Shown: positions 59,651 to 64,000 of the stretch, piece after piece
How positions within the stretch are numbered: position 1 is the first letter of the stretch
How the letters are laid out: every line of letters starts with the position of its first letter
NCBI RefSeq assembly: GCF_006345805.1
Contig: NC_042997.1
Location: 77,872,001 to 77,936,000, forward strand
Direction: 5' to 3'
Length of the DNA stretch: 64,000 bases
From: Octopus sinensis
Taxonomy: Eukaryota
Translations under genes and position numbers: made by a program
The notes under the pieces: model-generated
What the model was told of the DNA's origin: nothing
What the model saw: the letters and a program-made list of their open reading frames with translations, nothing else
Database searches by the model: none

Positions 59651-60264
59651 CAACATTTTGTAAATGGCTAATTTTATTATTTTTCTCATTCCCCATTAAA
59701 CTTTTTATTTCACCATATATTACATATACTGATAGTTATATCCCTCAGTTGGCATCCATGAATTATATAATTTCTAAAATCTGTGAAAGCTTAGATGAGT
59801 GGTGTCAGTAGAAATTAAGCTAACAAGATAAATTGATACTCAGAATAAGCATACAAATTAGTTTCAAACTTAACTAAATGATTCTGAAACCTTATTTAGA
59901 GATTGCTACAACATATTTACACTGAACTGTCCATTCTCATCCACCACTTATAAAATCTTCCTGTTTGCTGGAAAGTGGTGGATAAAGGATTCTAGCTTCA
60001 ACTTCTAGCACTTTACTTTTGTCCACTAAGTTACTTCCTTTGTATTTGTTAAGCTATCCAATGTAGTACAACAGTATCCAGCTATACAAAATACTGAAGC
60101 AGAATATATTTTTTTTTTCATTGTCGTGTATATTAAGGCTGGACATGATATTTCACTGCACTTTCTTTAATTTAGCAAGCCATAAAATAATTTTTAGGAA
60201 GTTAATTGCAACAGACTTATGTCATATCCCCAGTGAAATTTATCTCACATCAGCTTCACATTAA

Positions 60265-63255
60265 TCATCATCATCATTGTTGTTTAACGTCCATTTTCCA
60301 TGCTGGTATGGGTTGGATGGTTTGACTGAGGGCTAGCAAGCCAGATGGCTGCACCAGGCTCCAATCTGATCTAGCAAAGTTTCTACAGCTGAGAATGTAA
60401 TGGGTGCTTTTTACGTGCTACCGGCATGAGGGCCAGTCAGGTGGTAATGGCAACCACACTTGAATGGTGCTTTTTATGTGCCACCGACACGGGAGCCAGT
60501 CAGGCAGTACAGTCATTGGCCATGACAATGACTTCACTTGACTCGACAGGTCTTCGCAAGCGCAGTTTATTGCCCAAGGTTCTTAAATGGGCCAGTTATG
60601 CTGCACTGGCATACTCCATGGTTACGGTCTCACTTGGCTTGCTGGGTCTTCTCAAGCACAGCATATCTCAAAAGGTCTCAGTCACTTGTTATTGCCTCCA
60701 TGAGGCCCTATGTTTGAAGGTTGTGCTTCACCACTTCATCCCAGGTCTTCCTCGGTCCACCTCTTTCACAGGTTCTCTCTTCTGCTAGGGTGTGACACTT
60801 TTTCATACAGCTGTCCTCATCCATATACAACACATGACCATAACAGCACAGTCATCTCTCTTGCACACAACATCTGATGCTTCTTATGTCTCAGAGTGCT
60901 CACACTCTGTCATGTATGCACACTGACATTATATATCCAGCAGAGCATATTAGCTTCATTCCTTGCAATCTTATACACCTCAGCAGTCATGGCCCATGTT
61001 TCACTGTTATGTAGCATGGCTGTTTGCACGCAAGTGTCATACAATCTACCTTTTACTCTGAGTGAGAGGCCGTTTGTCACCAGCAGAGGTAGGAGCTCTC
61101 TGAACTTTGCCCAGGCTATTCTTATTCTAGCAGCTACGCTCTCAGAGCATGCACCCTTGTTACTGACTTGGTCACCTAGGTAATGGAAGCTATCAACAAC
61201 TACTTATAGTTTTTTCCCCTGGAAAGTGACGGAAACTGTTTTCTACACATTTTCAGTGTTTATTGCACCTGAGCATTTGCCACACACAAAAATTATCCTC
61301 CCAGTTAGCTTTCCTTTGATATTGCTGCACCTCTTATATGTCCATAGCTTACACCGGGTTCATCATATGGAGTTTCTACCTATGTCTTTTCTACAAGCAG
61401 GGCCATCTACCTGAAGGGATTTGTGAGTTGTCTGCCTTCCTACTTGTTAAGACTTTGGTTTTTGCTAGATTGAATCTAAGGCCCTTCAATTCTAGACCTT
61501 GCTTCCACACCTGAAACTTCTCTAGTTTTTATAATGACTCAGCTATAGAGAAGCTCCCAAGGGCATCCTGTCATGAATTGCTTGGAGGACTATGATGAAT
61601 AAGAGGGGGCTGAGGACTGATCCTTGGTGGACCCCTACCCCTACCTGGAATTCTTCACTATACTCATTGCCAACCCTTACCTTACTGATAGCATCCCTGT
61701 ACATGGCTTGTATGGCTCTCACTAATCACTCATCTATTCCTAGTTTCCACATTGACCACCAGATAAGGGATTGAGGGACCCTGTCAAAGGCTTTCTCCAT
61801 CTCAATGAAAGCCAGGTACAGAGGTATCCTTGGATAGGCATTTCTCCTGCAGCTGTCTTACCAAAAATATAGCATCAGTGGTGCTTTTTCCTGGCACAAA
61901 CCCAAACTGTATCTCGTCTAAACTAACTCTCTCCCTAATTAGTTGGGCTATGACCCTCTCTGTGACTTTCATTACCTGATTCAACAACTTGATACCTCTG
62001 TAATTATTCATACCTAATGTAGCAGTTTACAATGGTGCCGCTACACCAGTCATTGGGTATGACTCCTTCATGTATCACCTGGTTGACTATATGGGTGACT
62101 AGACTATAGCCGACACTGCCAGATATTTTAAGCATCTCTGCGGTGATTCCTGATGGACCAGAGGCTTTCCCTGTCTTCATACCCTTAATTGCTTTATCAA
62201 CCAAGGTACTGCCAATTAGGATAGCTGTTTCTTTTCCTTAATAGCTCTGTCAACTACATTGTTCCACCACCACGTTACGTTGGGTCAAGAGATGATTTTG
62301 CGCCATCCACAGATCTGGTCAGTAGCCCTCAACAGGTTGTTCTGTAGGAACCTCCAGTTGTCTTCCACATCATGTGATGCTATATCCTCCTCTATTTTGT
62401 CAAAAGCTTCGAGTAATATGTCTCTAAATTTCTGTCCATTCGCAAGACCCTTAAGCTTCCAGACCATTCTCTGTGCTGGTTGTCTTCTGGGCATCCATCT
62501 AGCCCTGATCCTGAATTCGCTAACAACTCATCTATGTTGTGGGGTGCATTCTTCACCTGGGAAGGTTTTGGCATTTATAAGTAGCCATCCTTCCCATTTC
62601 CTGGTGAGGATGTAGTCAATTTGATTAGTGTGTTCACCAGATCGGTAGGTGAATAGGTGACTGGCAGGTTTCTTGGTGTTAGTATTATAAACGATAACAT
62701 CATTTGCATCGCAGAACTCCAGCAGCCTGGTCCCCTCCTCATTGGGGGAACCAAAACCATAGCCTCCATGGAAGCCCCTTGCATGTTGTCCAACATGCCC
62801 AATGAAGTTGCCAGCAAAGAGAAGGTCCCTGTCATTCATCAACGAGGTAGTCTGCAAGAGGGTGTCATAAAATCGGTCTTTCTGTTCACCAGGTAGCCCT
62901 GGCTGAGGGGCATAAGCCAAAATAATGGTTGCTAATCCATGTTGCAACACTAATTTAATCTTAAGTATTCTATCACAGACTCTGACTACTTCAGTTACCT
63001 TATCAAATCATTTCTCTGCAAGAAGTATACCCACACACCCGGCCCCATCAGTGTTCCCTGGCCAGAAAATCTTATACCTATGTTCTTTGCCTGTGAGGAA
63101 ACTAGCAGAACTTCCTCTCCACCTTGCTTATTAGATGCAGCACATATCGACACATCTACGTTGAAGCACCTCAACAATCTAACCAGACCTACTTTTCAGT
63201 GTGCCACCTCTGAGGGTGTGGGCCTGTGAGACCCTGGGATGGGGACTGCTCGCAT
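60265..63255 (-). mobile_element. RTE-clade LINE, nearly full coding span with internal deletions
   Basis: Endonuclease (LRGGTL.., AYAPQ, FCDAND, DYIL..PQHR), NYRGIKLL, QFGFVPGKSTTDAIF, RT and PHD remnants, and an (ATC)n tail at 60265. Confidence 0.9.
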
Positions 63256-63484
63256 TTGGCAGAACTCATAAACTTACAATAGCCTTCAACCTGCATACAC
63301 TACACCATCATTTTATGTGCTACATAACCACTACACTACATAGGATATAAACCCCATCATAACTACTTAATGGTAATTAAATGATAATTATAATTACACA
63401 AATGATATCTATGATTGCTGAATTGAATACTAAAATTATTTAAATGATGATTATAGTTATTCAAATAATAATTAAATTACTTAA

Positions 63485-63880
63485 ATCATCATCATCATCA
63501 TCATTTAACGTCCGCTTTCCATGCTAGCATGGGTTGGACGGTTCAACTGGGGTCTGGGGAGCCCGAAGGCTGCACCAGGCCAGTCGGATCTGGCAGTGTT
63601 TCTACAGCTGGATGCCCTTCCTAACGCCAACCACTATGAGAGTGTAGTGGGTGATTTGATGTGCCACCGACACAGGTGCCAGACGAGGCTGGCAGACGGC
63701 CACGCTCGGATGGTGTTTTTTATGTGCCACCGACACAGGTGCCAGATGAGACTGGCAAACGGCCACAATCGGATGGTGTTTGTTACGTGCCCACAGCATG
63801 GAGGCCAGTCGATGCGGTACTGGCTACGGCCACGTTCGGATGGTTTTCTTATGTGCCACCGGCACTGGTACCACAAAGAT
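63485..63880 (-). mobile_element. RTE 3' tail with about 4 tandem ~62-bp units
   Basis: (ATC)n-TTTAACGTCCGCTTTCCATGC... followed by GTGCCACCGACAC repeats. Confidence 0.85.
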
Positions 63881-63915
63881 ACAAATTCCATTAAATGTTA
63901 ATGATAATTACTTAC

Positions 63916-64000
63916 CGATGACTTGAAGGGTCTTGTTTGATGATAATGCTTCTGCCAGCTGTTTGGCTCCATGATGGGTGACCTGGTTATTTCTGATATC
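63916..64000 (-). CDS. LRRC45: LRRC45 coding exon (LRR), truncated by window edge
   Basis: Translates DIRNNQVTHHGAKQLAEALSSNKTLQVI(D), followed by a GTAAGT donor. Resembles the vertebrate LRRC45 repeat [29 protein letters not shown] as recalled. Confidence 0.9.

Overview
AT-rich, microsatellite-laden animal genomic DNA. The SINE/LINE families suggest an octopus, but that is inference. The window lies inside one minus-strand host gene, LRRC45 (LRR plus coiled coil). I reconstructed 11 phase-compatible coding exons from >64000 down to 3874; the gene runs off both window ends. The introns hold many mobile elements: a head-to-tail pair of full-length Tx1/L1-clade LINEs in an (AAT)n microsatellite, several RTE LINEs with a PHD finger inside the RT region, three Penelope-like (PLE) fragments, CR1-group LINEs, a Gypsy remnant, a solo LTR, maT, mariner and piggyBac DNA transposons, a 1.9-kb foldback element with an 8-bp TSD, MITEs and tRNA-derived SINEs. 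The most interesting signals are: (1) a ~362-nt non-coding, hairpin-rich tandem unit carrying a type I hammerhead ribozyme with a U3-A8 core variant, arranged as direct plus inverted copies (retrozyme or PLE pseudo-LTR); (2) two further, unrelated hammerhead-like motifs (G3-C8 and U3·G8 cores) within about 5 kb of the same intron; (3) the (AAT)n-embedded Tx1 pair, which has divergent ORF1 N-termini but shares an ORF2 frameshift and an extra overlapping ORF. There is a 100-N assembly gap at 36347-36446.
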